A DNA stretch of 64,000 nucleotides. Source: an uncultured Chitinophaga sp. Its GTDB lineage: Bacteria > Bacteroidota > Bacteroidia > Chitinophagales > Chitinophagaceae. The notes under the pieces were generated by a model. The model had not been told where the DNA came from. It ran no database searches and worked only from the letters and a program-made list of their open reading frames with translations. Shown here one piece after another: positions 28,941-38,103 of the stretch. Location: NCBI GenBank assembly GCA_964473035.1, contig CAYYMK010000009.1, positions 1,450 to 65,449 on the forward strand. Direction: 5' to 3'. The stretch's first letter is position 1; each line of letters begins with the position of its first letter. Made by a program: the position numbers and the translations under genes.

Positions 28941-29840
28941 CTATTCCTCAGTCGGATTTGCCCTTATTATATCAGCCATTTTACGGATATGCTCCGGCCC
29001 TGTGCCGCAACAACCTCCTATAATACCGGCGCCGGAAAATATCAATTCCTGAACATGAGCCGACATTTCTTCCGGCGTATCAGTGAACACCGTTTTCCCC
29101 CCTATGTATTGCGGCATACCGGCATTAGCATGCACTATAATTGGAATATGCGGGTTGACCTGCCTTATTTTTTTTACGACTCCTGTCATCTCTTTAATAC
29201 CCTGACCACAATTGGCGCCAACTGCATCGGCCCCGGCTGCAATTAATTTTTTTGTCATTTCTTCGGGAGATACACCCATGATGCTGTGATAGTCATGCCC
29301 GCTGGTGCGGTCAAATGTCATCGTACAAAAGACTTCACAACGGGTATTTTCTTTAGCAGCTCTTACCGCAAGCACTGCCTCTCCGATATCAGTCATGGTT
29401 TCTACAAGGAGTGCATCAGCGCCTCCCGACTGCAAGGCCAGTGCCTGCTCCCGGAAAGCCTCATAAAGCTCTTCTGCTGTTATCTCCTCCATCAGCAGCA
29501 TCTTCCCCGAAGGTCCGATAGATCCTAAAACATAAGCTGAATCAGCTGCTGCCTTTGCAGAAATGGATGCAGCAACACGATTCAGCTCAGTTACTTTTTC
29601 TGCAAGCCCGTAATCGTCCAGTTTATACCTGCTGGCCCCAAAGCTGTTCGTCTTTACCAGTTGCGCCCCTGCTTCCAAATAACTATGTGCAATAGACAAA
29701 ACCTCATCAGGATGAGTCAGGTTCCAAAGTTCCGGACATTCGCCGGGTGCTAATCCCCTTTGATGCAGTTGCGTACCCCAGGCCCCGTCGGACACAAGAA
29801 TTTTTCCTCTTTTCAGGATCTGAACGATTCCCATTTTCAT
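28941..29840 (-). CDS. homocysteine S-methyltransferase domain protein
   Basis: ILVSDGAWGTQL, then VKTNSFG. Zinc-ligand cysteines are present in GANCG and GGCCGTGPEHI. Confidence 0.85.
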   Translation of the reverse strand: MKMGIVQILKRGKILVSDGAWGTQLHQRGLAPGECPELWNLTHPDEVLSIAHSYLEAGAQLVKTNSFGASRYKLDDYGLAEKVTELNRVAASISAKAAADSAYVLGSIGPSGKMLLMEEITAEELYEAFREQALALQSGGADALLVETMTDIGEAVLAVRAAKENTRCEVFCTMTFDRTSGHDYHSIMGVSPEEMTKKLIAAGADAVGANCGQGIKEMTGVVKKIRQVNPHIPIIVHANAGMPQYIGGKTVFTDTPEEMSAHVQELIFSGAGIIGGCCGTGPEHIRKMADIIRANPTEE

Positions 29841-30520
29841 GGTGCCGTTTTTTTTGTAAGTACATCATTGAGATAATGGACAGCTTGTTGTGGGTTTGCG
29901 GCATAAAAATCAGCGCCAATCTGCTGTGCAAAATGAGCATTAAGAGGGGCGCCGCCCACAAGTATTTTCAGGTGATTGAATTCTTGCCGCAGGTCTCTTA
30001 CCGTTTGCTCCATATTTGCCATCGTAGTAGTGAGCAGGGCCGAAAGACCTATGCTGCATCCCGGATGCTGCTGAATAGCGTCCTTGAATTTTTCAGTCTT
30101 TACATCCTTTCCCAGGTTCAATACTTCCCACCCGTTGCCGGCAATAATCATGGCAGCCAGGTTTTTCCCAATTTCATGCAGGTCGCCGCAAACCGTACCA
30201 ATGATAAATGTTCCTTTTCGTTGTACTTCGCCGGATTCAAAAAAAGGACGCAGGTGCTCCATGGCGGTATTCATTGCTTTGGCCGACATCAGCATCTGTG
30301 GTACAAAAATCTGGTGTGCCGAAAATTTTTTTCCAACGATTTCCATTCCCCTGATAAAACCTTTCTGAAGAATATCTTCCGGCGAAATACCCTGTTGCAG
30401 TGCCAAACGGGTCAATTCATCTGCACCGGGCTGCCCTTTCAGGTGTGGGGGATAAGTCGCTGCCTGGGTTACTTTGCCAAATTCAATACAGGCAGCTATT
30501 TGTTCCAGAATTGCTTCCAT
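29837..30520 (-). CDS. corrinoid (B12-binding) protein
   Basis: An N-terminal helical cap followed by a Rossmann B12 domain. The domain has DxHxxG (GDLHEIG), SxL (SALLTTT) and GG (ILVGGAP) motifs. The stop overlaps the next start (ATGA at 29837-29840). Confidence 0.85.
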   Translation of the reverse strand: MEAILEQIAACIEFGKVTQAATYPPHLKGQPGADELTRLALQQGISPEDILQKGFIRGMEIVGKKFSAHQIFVPQMLMSAKAMNTAMEHLRPFFESGEVQRKGTFIIGTVCGDLHEIGKNLAAMIIAGNGWEVLNLGKDVKTEKFKDAIQQHPGCSIGLSALLTTTMANMEQTVRDLRQEFNHLKILVGGAPLNAHFAQQIGADFYAANPQQAVHYLNDVLTKKTAP

Positions 30521-30553
30521 ATCAATTTAGGGTTGAGGCATTCGGGTTTCATC

Positions 30554-31744
30554 CTATCGGGAATACCTTCCGTATTTTTCTGCAAGTTGGAACAATTTTT
30601 CTATTTGCTCCGGTTTGGTATGTGGCGATACAGAACAGGCAGTACTCAGAATATAGCCGCCACCGGGCATAGCGGTGGTCAGCCGTTTACATACAGACTG
30701 CTCCAGCATGTCATCGTCTCCCTTCAGCAATTCATTGACTGCATCAAGGTTTCCTTTGATAAATACTTTTCCCTTGGTTTGAGCAATAGCCTCTTCCAGC
30801 TCCACCGTGCCTAAAGGCGGCGGATCGAGGGTATCTATTCCATTAGTTCCGGTTTCCATCATCAGATCCAGCCTGTCGCCTATCCCGCCACAAGTGTGCG
30901 TATAGACAGGAATACTGGTCGCTGTTTTGATACCGCTGATTACTTTTTTTTCATACGGCAAAACAAACTGTTCGTAAAATTCTCTTGAAATAAAACCGCT
31001 TCCGGCAAATGCAGAAGAAATCAGCACTGCATCAGCGCCACAGGCAGCTTCTGAAATACCCAGCCGTATGGCACCGTCCGACAGGGCATCAAGGCAGGCA
31101 GCAGATTTTTCCGGCTCGGTCAACAGGGCCATCAGGGCCGGTTCATAATTCAGCAATTCAAGAAATTGCGAAAACGGACTGTATATTTCTCCATGAACAG
31201 AAACTTCTCCCTTTGTTTTTTGAATCACTTTCTTCAGTGTGTCGTTGATCGTGTCAGGAAAAAAATGATTTTTATCCGGAAGCTTGTCTTCAAAATCCCA
31301 TTTATACGGCCAGCTGTAACCAGTAATTTGCCATGGGTCGGCATAAAATAGATCGTCCGGATTTATATCATCAAGCGATGGGAAAAACCTGCTGCCGTCT
31401 GCCTGATAATAATGGGGATTATCATCGGGTGGAAAAATGGTGAATCCGCCGGTTTTCCAGTTAATTTTTTTTTCGCTGTTGATGGTTTCAATACTGCTGA
31501 TATAGCTGCGCCAGTTTTCTGGCCGTCCATGCAGATTTACAAGGATCCCATCAAAATGATAGCGTTGCTGCATTCGCACCAGTGCATCAGAAAAACCATC
31601 GGAACTGTACCAGACGTCTATCGGGTCTATGCCGCTGTGCAGAAAATAGTGGCCAAGGGAAAGCTGGCACATCACCGGTACCCTGTCCGGCACACCACAA
31701 CTCATAGCAATAAACATTCTTTCCTTGCTGGTCATACCCTGCAA
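30554..31744 (-). CDS. URO-D-family (MtaA/MtbA/MtsA-like) corrinoid methyltransferase
   Basis: 396 aa. N-terminus TSKERMFIAMSCGVPDRVPV is typical of the family. The zinc motif HxC is present in YTHTCGG, with a downstream Cys in STACSVS. Confidence 0.8.
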   Translation of the reverse strand: MQGMTSKERMFIAMSCGVPDRVPVMCQLSLGHYFLHSGIDPIDVWYSSDGFSDALVRMQQRYHFDGILVNLHGRPENWRSYISSIETINSEKKINWKTGGFTIFPPDDNPHYYQADGSRFFPSLDDINPDDLFYADPWQITGYSWPYKWDFEDKLPDKNHFFPDTINDTLKKVIQKTKGEVSVHGEIYSPFSQFLELLNYEPALMALLTEPEKSAACLDALSDGAIRLGISEAACGADAVLISSAFAGSGFISREFYEQFVLPYEKKVISGIKTATSIPVYTHTCGGIGDRLDLMMETGTNGIDTLDPPPLGTVELEEAIAQTKGKVFIKGNLDAVNELLKGDDDMLEQSVCKRLTTAMPGGGYILSTACSVSPHTKPEQIEKLFQLAEKYGRYSR

Positions 31745-31933
31745 TGATACACAGATTTTTTAGCGATTTATTCAAAATAGCCTGCGCCGCCGCCTTCCTC
31801 CGATTTGCGGGAAATTGCCGTTTTTTTATATTTTACAGCATTACAAAAGGCAAGACATCAAACAATTATCCTTTTTTTCAGAAACGTAAAAAATACTGTG
31901 GACAATACGATACAAGTTGTCATAAAAAAAACA

Positions 31934-31941
31934 TAGGTTTG
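31934..31941 (+). promoter_or_regulatory. -7 promoter box TAGGTTTG
   Basis: Exact TAnnTTTG match, 33 nt upstream of the ATG at 31974. Confidence 0.35.
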
Positions 31942-31973
31942 CGCTTTATTTATTTAACCAAAAAAACCAAAAA

Positions 31974-32375
31974 ATGAAAAAGCTACTCGCCTTACTGGCA
32001 CTTGCAGGTGTTCTGGTTTCATGCGGCAACAAGAAAAAAGATAATCCAACGCCGACTGATGACACAACGACAACCACCACCACAACCACACCAACAGAAA
32101 CTCCGACCACAACAACTACAACTTCTGTTCCTAAGTTTTCTGATCCTGATGTGCAAAAATTTGCGGATGATTATGCTGCATTTATTACCAGCTACAAAGC
32201 TGGCATGGGAGATCCTGCCAAAGCAGTGGAACTTGCTAAATCTGCCGAAGAGTGGTCAAAAAAATCTACTGAAATCGCAATGAAACTGGCTACAAATCCC
32301 GAAGAAGCAAAAGCTTTTTCTGAGTGGATTTTAGCTCTCGCAAATGAGATGATGCCAGCCGCAGTGACTCAGTAA
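31974..32375 (+). CDS. small lipoprotein with poly-Thr linker
   Basis: Lipobox LVSCG, a linker DDTTTTTTTTTPTETPTTTTTTS, then a helical ~80-aa domain. Confidence 0.7.
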   Translation: MKKLLALLALAGVLVSCGNKKKDNPTPTDDTTTTTTTTTPTETPTTTTTTSVPKFSDPDVQKFADDYAAFITSYKAGMGDPAKAVELAKSAEEWSKKSTEIAMKLATNPEEAKAFSEWILALANEMMPAAVTQ

Positions 32376-32400
32376 TAAACTCCTGTTTATAAAATAAAAT

Positions 32401-32434
32401 CCCCCTGCTGGTAACAACAGGGGGATTTTATTTT
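32401..32434 (+). terminator. Rho-independent terminator
   Basis: CCCCCTG(CTG)...(CAA)CAGGGGG stem followed by ATTTTATTTT. Confidence 0.8.
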
Positions 32435-32462
32435 ATCTTAGGTCTGCCAAAAAGATGGCTTT

Positions 32463-33305
32463 ATGTATCATTCTACCAAGAAAAAAGTTCATGCACTGCT
32501 GCACCCGGAAATAGTCGGAGACAAGCACTGGGATAAAATCATAAATATTTTTATCATCGTGCTGATCATCCTCAACGTGCTGGCAGTAATGCTTGAAACC
32601 GTACCAACAATGTGTGACGACCCCTGGGGGCAGGAGTTTTTTCATTATTTTGACCTGATTTCTGTGATCATTTTCACTATAGAATATTTTCTCAGGGTTT
32701 GGAGCAGCAATCATGAAGAAAAGTACAAAGGACCGCTGTGGGGTCGTATCAGGTACATGCTGTCACCCGGAGCATTAATTGACCTGGCAGCCATTTTACC
32801 TTTTTATCTGCATGTGCTTATTGGATTCGACCTTCGCATTTTGCGTATGCTCCGGTTGCTTCGTTTTTTCAGGCTTTTTCGCCTTACAGCCTACATGCGA
32901 TCGGCGCATGCTATTGCAAATATTTTCAAGAAAAGACTAAATGAATTGCTGCTCAGCCTGGTTTTGGTTATTTTTCTGATCATTATCGCTTCAAGTATCC
33001 TATATTTTACCGAGCACCTGCACCCAATCAATAAAAATAATTTTACAAGCATCCCTGAAACAATCTGGTGGGCTGTAGTGACGCTGACTACCACAGGCTA
33101 TGGTGACATGGTGCCAATGACATCACTCGGAAAAACAATGGCAGGAATCATTATGCTGACTGGAGTCGCTTTTTTTGCATTACCCGCTGGTATTATCACG
33201 GCAGGGTTTCTTGAAGAATTCAGAAAAACACGAAAAAAACAAAACCATACTTGTCCGCATTGCGGAAAAGAATTTGAAGATGCGAATAATCATGAAGAAC
33301 ATTAG
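32463..33305 (+). CDS. voltage-gated-type potassium channel (ion transport protein)
   Basis: S4-like RILRMLRLLRFFRLFRL and K+ selectivity filter TLTTTGYGD. 280 aa. Confidence 0.85.
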   Translation: MYHSTKKKVHALLHPEIVGDKHWDKIINIFIIVLIILNVLAVMLETVPTMCDDPWGQEFFHYFDLISVIIFTIEYFLRVWSSNHEEKYKGPLWGRIRYMLSPGALIDLAAILPFYLHVLIGFDLRILRMLRLLRFFRLFRLTAYMRSAHAIANIFKKRLNELLLSLVLVIFLIIIASSILYFTEHLHPINKNNFTSIPETIWWAVVTLTTTGYGDMVPMTSLGKTMAGIIMLTGVAFFALPAGIITAGFLEEFRKTRKKQNHTCPHCGKEFEDANNHEEH

Positions 33306-33360
33306 GTTTCTTCCCGTTGTTGCCGTATTGTATCTCACCAAAATCTTAGTATATACCACA

Positions 33361-33400
33361 AAAAAAACACACAAAGAACGATGCGGTATTCTTTGTGTGT
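33361..33400 (-). terminator. Rho-independent terminator after the 444-aa amidohydrolase
   Basis: Perfect 12-bp stem ACACACAAAGAA/TTCTTTGTGTGT (33367-33400) with a 10-nt loop. On the minus strand a T7 run follows. Confidence 0.8.
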
Positions 33401-33436
33401 TGTGTTCAAAACAATTCCGGTTCAGGTTCTATTGCA

Positions 33437-34771
33437 TTAAAATCCTTTCTTGTTTTTTAATTGATATTTCTGCTCATACCGCTCATTCAGTTGTTTTTGT
33501 TTGTCATCCAGGTTAATTTTCCGGCCCTGGATAAATGCATCGGTCACATTGCTGGTGCCCATATCCAGGAGATCGCCTGAACTGATCAGGAGGGTCGCTT
33601 CTTTTCCAGCCTCCAGACTTCCGATTTTATCTGATACGCCAAGAATTTTAGCTGCATTAAGGGAAATAGCACTCAATGCTTCCTCCTTAGTAAGACCGTA
33701 TGCTGCCGCTGTTCCGGCATTAAACGGAAGATTGCGCCCACGGGTCTGAGAATCATCATCAGAAATGGAGAATAATACGCCCGCTTTTTGCAGAATTGCC
33801 GCCGTCTTGTATGGCTGATCCACATCATCATCTGTGCTTGTAGGAAGGCTGTGCATCTGCTGCAGAATAACAGAGACATTATTTTGTTTTAAAAGATCAG
33901 CAATCTGCCAGCTTTCGCTGCCGCCAACAATTACCATATCGAACCCAAATTCTTTTACAAAGTCAAGCGCCACCAGTATTTGCTTTACGGTACTGGCATG
34001 AACATAAAATTTTTGTTTGCGGTTCAATAGCTGTTCCACTGACTGGTACTTCAGGTTTGTTTCCTGTTTTGCCGGGTTGGCAAGGTAGGCTTTCGCTTCC
34101 CGAAAAAAAGCCTTCAACTGTTCCAGTTTCTCGAGGCCTTCCTTTACAGGATCGGAAACCGAACCGGTTGCACTGGGCCCGCCGGGCATCATCCCCCCCC
34201 TGCCAAACCCAGAGCGGGCCATCAGCGAAGGCATAAACAGATGCATTCCTGCATCAGCTTTAAGTGCTGCATCCTTCCAGTTCCAGGCATCCAGTTGCAC
34301 TACAGATGATGATCCCGCAAGAAAAGATCCTTGTGGTACAATATTGGCAGTCAAAACTCCATTGGAACGAAGCGTATTGATCACTTTAGAATCGGTATTA
34401 TACGCCACCAGGGCTCTAACATTGGGGTTCATATCACCAATTTCGCGGCTGTCATTGGATGCCCGCACTGCGCTGATCTCGACTAACCCAAGTGTACTGA
34501 CCGGCAGCACCAGCCCGGGATACACATGTTTTCCGGTAGCATCTATGACCTGGGCATCAGAAGGTACAGGTAAATCTTTCCCCATTTTTTCAATCTTTCC
34601 GTCCCGTACCTGCAGGGAGCCGTTTTCCAGGACTGTACCATTGCCCACATGTATCGTGGCATTACGTATAAAGAGCAAACCTTTTTGAGGAGGAGCCGGC
34701 AGCACATTGGCCTGGGAAAAAACCATACAGGCCAGTGCAGTCAGGAAGCTCAATAAAAATATCTTTTTCAT
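33437..34771 (-). CDS. secreted amidohydrolase-family protein
   Basis: Signal peptide MKKIFLLSFLTALACMVFSQ (ATG 34771; the track ORF to 34810 overlaps the upstream gene). Amidohydrolase N- and C-terminal strands are present (IRNATIHVGNG..., VSDKIGSLEAGKEATLLI). Confidence 0.85.
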   Translation of the reverse strand: MKKIFLLSFLTALACMVFSQANVLPAPPQKGLLFIRNATIHVGNGTVLENGSLQVRDGKIEKMGKDLPVPSDAQVIDATGKHVYPGLVLPVSTLGLVEISAVRASNDSREIGDMNPNVRALVAYNTDSKVINTLRSNGVLTANIVPQGSFLAGSSSVVQLDAWNWKDAALKADAGMHLFMPSLMARSGFGRGGMMPGGPSATGSVSDPVKEGLEKLEQLKAFFREAKAYLANPAKQETNLKYQSVEQLLNRKQKFYVHASTVKQILVALDFVKEFGFDMVIVGGSESWQIADLLKQNNVSVILQQMHSLPTSTDDDVDQPYKTAAILQKAGVLFSISDDDSQTRGRNLPFNAGTAAAYGLTKEEALSAISLNAAKILGVSDKIGSLEAGKEATLLISSGDLLDMGTSNVTDAFIQGRKINLDDKQKQLNERYEQKYQLKNKKGF

Positions 34772-34796
34772 TTTCTGTTTGTTTTCTTTTTTAAAA

Positions 34797-37700
34797 TTAA
34801 TCTTCGTCAATCACCAGTAGCCCGTGGCTATGCCCGTGGTCATGACAGGAATGCATCACTTGGTATGATGGTACCGCAGGAATGATAGGGGCGCCACTCT
34901 TTTTTTCTCCATTCAGTTTTTTTACAAGGCGCATTCTTTCTGTTGCTACATCCTGTTGCATCGTTTCATCTTTCAGCCGGTCGAAATACACGGTGCCATC
35001 CACAATGGTATAAAGAGATTTGGCATAAATACTCAGGGGATTGTCGCTCCAAACTACTACATCAGCATCTTTTCCGGGTTTCAGGCTTCCTACTTTATCA
35101 TCCACATGCAGCATTTTGGCCGGATTCAGAGTAACCAATTTTAATGCTTCTTCCTCTGAAAGACCACCGTACTTTATTGTTTTAGCAGCCTCCTGGTTCA
35201 ACCGGCGTGCCATCTCTGCATCATCTGAATTAATAGCAACGGTTAGCCCCACTTTGTGCATAATAGCTGCATTGTAAGGAATGGCATCTTCCACCTCCAT
35301 TTTATAGGCCCACCAGTCGGAAAAGGTAGAAGCATAAGAGCCATGCTTTAGCATTTTATCGGCCACTTTGTATCCTTCAAGTATATGGGTAAAGGTGTTA
35401 ACGGTAAAGCCCATCTGATCTGCCACTTCAATAAGCCCGGTAATTTCACTCTGCACATAAGAATGACAGGTGATGAACCTTTTCTTCTCCAGAATTTCCA
35501 CAAGAGCGTCCAGCTCCAGGTTGCGGCGTGGCGGTATCAGTTCTGTAACCGGCTTCCGGGCCTTGATTAGTTTTTCTTTCTCAGCCTGATAGTTATCCCA
35601 TTCTTTTTTGTAATCTTTTGCTCTTGTAAATGCATCCATCAGTACCTGCTCCACTCCCATCCGGGTATCCGGGTAGCGGTTGTTTCCCTGAGTGGCGGCA
35701 GACCGTTTTACATTTTCCCCAAGTGCAAATTTTATTTGCCCGGTCCAGTTTCTGAACTTCATGCCCTCATCGCTTGCACCCCAACGAAGTTTTAGCAGTT
35801 GGGTTTGCCCTCCGATTACATTAGCCGACCCATGCAGGATATGCGAAGAAGTAACTCCGCCACTCAGTTGCCGGTAAATATTGATATCATCCGGGTTAAT
35901 GTTATCGCCGATTCGCACTTCCGAGGTTACAGATTGTGCGCCCTCATTGATCGAAGCAGCAGCAATATGTGAATGTTCGTCAATGATTCCGGCGGTTACA
36001 TGCTTGCCGTTGCCGTCAATAACCCTGGCTGCAGGGTCATTCAATGATTTTCCGATGGCCGCAATCTTTCCTTCTTTGAGCAGCACATCTGTATTCCTGA
36101 GTACACCTTCTTTTTCATTGGTCCACACGGTCGCATTTTTGATCAGTATTATTTCTTGTTTCGGTGTATTCGCTTCATCCCAACCAAAGGGCAGCAAGGG
36201 ATAGGTTACTTTCCCGAGCACAGGTGGGTCTTTCTTTTTAGCTGAATCCCGTTTGGGTTCTATCATTTTTACAAAAACAGCAGTCCAGGTAAATGTATTG
36301 CCCACAGAATCCTGCCCGGTTCCATTCCATTCAGTTCCGTTGCTCACACCGCTGAGTCTTGTGGCATTAGCAGGAAGGGGTTCTGAACCACCCGAACGTC
36401 CTGCAAATCCGCCCATCCGCCTTTGTGCTGTATCAGCCGCCGGCATGGAAGGTCTTTGCCTTCCGGACCTGGGAGCATAGCTCAGTTTCACCTGCTTGCC
36501 ATCAAAGCTGAATTTACTGTTCATCGTGTCTTTACTGTACAGTGTGGCCGACCCGGCTGATTTTACATCAAGTGTATATTTCTCCTGTCCTCCGGCCTTA
36601 TGTATGGTAAGAGTATAAAGGCCGGCTACTTGGTCATCATTCTTTACAGGATACTTGATACCCTGCACATAGTTATATAAGATGCTTGTCTTTTCTTCAA
36701 ACAAGGGCCCGTTTGTGATGAGGAAATTTGCCAGTTTTCCGGCATCCAGGCTTCCTACCTTATCAGAAATGCCCAGAACAGATGCCGGCGTTTTTGTCAA
36801 AGCTTCCAGGGCTTTTGTCTCAGAGAGGCCATATTCCATTGCCTTACGAAGTGCAGGCCAAAAAGAAGTGCTGCTTTTCAGGTCGGCTGCTGTAAGGCAA
36901 AAAGGGATTCCAGCCCGTTCAAATTCGGCTGCATTAGTAGGTGCCAGTTCCCAATGCTTCATGTTTTCCAGCGCAACAAAACGGGCATCGGCTGGGTCTT
37001 CTACATCCATGGCCTGCGGGAAATTCAGTGGTAAGATGAAGGTGGCGTTTGTGGCTTTCATTTCTTTGATCCTCTGGTACTCATTTTGCCCGGCTTTGAT
37101 GATATACTGGATTCCGAATTCATCGCCAATCCTATCGGCCCGCAGGTTGTCCCATTTATCATTTGCTTCAAAGATTTGCGGCAGGTTCTGATTATCGAGC
37201 CATGACTGCAGCGTAGCATTGAAACCCTCTTGCCAGGGCCTGTTCTTGTACCATGCTGCATCCAGGTATGTTTGCCGCAACAGTGCGATGTATCCCATTT
37301 TGGAACTCGGGTACGACTGTGCAGATGTTCCTTTATTAAAGGAGTAATGGGCCGAGGCTTTTTCTTTGATGATCACCAGGTTTTCTTTTTCATTGGCAAG
37401 TGTAACCACTGCCCCGGTACCCCTTGCTACGCCGTCTTTAATGTGAGTCAGAACTGAACCAAATCCGGCATCCCTCATCGTTTTTGCTGCGGCATCATTG
37501 ACAGAAAATTGACGGTACACATCCACATCAGACCGGATGGCCTGATTCCATCCGTACGGGCCTTTTACCGCCGTTTCAAATTGTTGCTGTGCAAAAAAAT
37601 TGAACCCCTGAGTTTGCTGTTGCTGCTTTTGGGGCGTTCCATAGTCCGTATAAATATCAATAAATGAAGGGTAGATATATTTTCCCCTGCAATCAACTTC

Positions 37701-37952
37701 CACGGCTCCTGCAGGTACTGAAAGGCCGGTACCAACGGATACAATTCTGCCATCCCGGATGACCATAGTGGCATTACTCAGAATGACCGATGCATCCCGT
37801 ACAATGGTAGCATTCGTAAAAGCATACAATCCATGGCGGGGGTCGGCAATCCCGTTTTCCGGGAATGTGGGTTGGGCGAGTAACGGCTCGCTGCATAAAA
37901 TACTACTTATCCCGAACGCAACCGGAACAAGCCATTTTGCTTTTTTTCTCAT
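34797..37952 (-). CDS. large secreted amidohydrolase-family protein (two amidohydrolase-like halves)
   Basis: Signal peptide MRKKAKWLVPVAFGISSILCSEPLLAQ. HxH metal motif in GIIDEHSHIAAAS. SDKVGSLDAGKLANFLI and DDKVGSLKPGKDADVVVW occur in the two halves. His-rich C-terminal tail HSCHDHGHSHG. Confidence 0.85.
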   Translation of the reverse strand: MRKKAKWLVPVAFGISSILCSEPLLAQPTFPENGIADPRHGLYAFTNATIVRDASVILSNATMVIRDGRIVSVGTGLSVPAGAVEVDCRGKYIYPSFIDIYTDYGTPQKQQQQTQGFNFFAQQQFETAVKGPYGWNQAIRSDVDVYRQFSVNDAAAKTMRDAGFGSVLTHIKDGVARGTGAVVTLANEKENLVIIKEKASAHYSFNKGTSAQSYPSSKMGYIALLRQTYLDAAWYKNRPWQEGFNATLQSWLDNQNLPQIFEANDKWDNLRADRIGDEFGIQYIIKAGQNEYQRIKEMKATNATFILPLNFPQAMDVEDPADARFVALENMKHWELAPTNAAEFERAGIPFCLTAADLKSSTSFWPALRKAMEYGLSETKALEALTKTPASVLGISDKVGSLDAGKLANFLITNGPLFEEKTSILYNYVQGIKYPVKNDDQVAGLYTLTIHKAGGQEKYTLDVKSAGSATLYSKDTMNSKFSFDGKQVKLSYAPRSGRQRPSMPAADTAQRRMGGFAGRSGGSEPLPANATRLSGVSNGTEWNGTGQDSVGNTFTWTAVFVKMIEPKRDSAKKKDPPVLGKVTYPLLPFGWDEANTPKQEIILIKNATVWTNEKEGVLRNTDVLLKEGKIAAIGKSLNDPAARVIDGNGKHVTAGIIDEHSHIAAASINEGAQSVTSEVRIGDNINPDDINIYRQLSGGVTSSHILHGSANVIGGQTQLLKLRWGASDEGMKFRNWTGQIKFALGENVKRSAATQGNNRYPDTRMGVEQVLMDAFTRAKDYKKEWDNYQAEKEKLIKARKPVTELIPPRRNLELDALVEILEKKRFITCHSYVQSEITGLIEVADQMGFTVNTFTHILEGYKVADKMLKHGSYASTFSDWWAYKMEVEDAIPYNAAIMHKVGLTVAINSDDAEMARRLNQEAAKTIKYGGLSEEEALKLVTLNPAKMLHVDDKVGSLKPGKDADVVVWSDNPLSIYAKSLYTIVDGTVYFDRLKDETMQQDVATERMRLVKKLNGEKKSGAPIIPAVPSYQVMHSCHDHGHSHGLLVIDED

Positions 37953-38072
37953 ATTCAGTGTGGTTTTAAAGAAGCCGAATTTAAAACAATCCGGCATTCG
38001 GATTCAAATTATGTGATAAATGGAGAAAGAAATGAGATAATACAGGGCTATTCCTTTCCCCCAAAGTTTGGT

Positions 38073-38080
38073 TATCTTTG
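38073..38080 (+). promoter_or_regulatory. -7 promoter box TATCTTTG upstream of deoC
   Basis: Exact TAnnTTTG match. It lies inside the 5' end of the track ORF (38068), which argues against that start. Confidence 0.45.
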
Positions 38081-38103
38081 GACAAATTAAAACATTTTAC
38101 AAA

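Noticed and set aside
31745-31973. Expected a cobalamin (or SAM) riboswitch upstream of the corrinoid methyltransferase operon.
   Set aside because: Reading the minus strand, I found no B12-box (AGYCMGGNGACCKGCC-like), no GCCACTG and no SAM-I core. There is only a GGGAAATTGCC palindrome-like word. No riboswitch is claimed.
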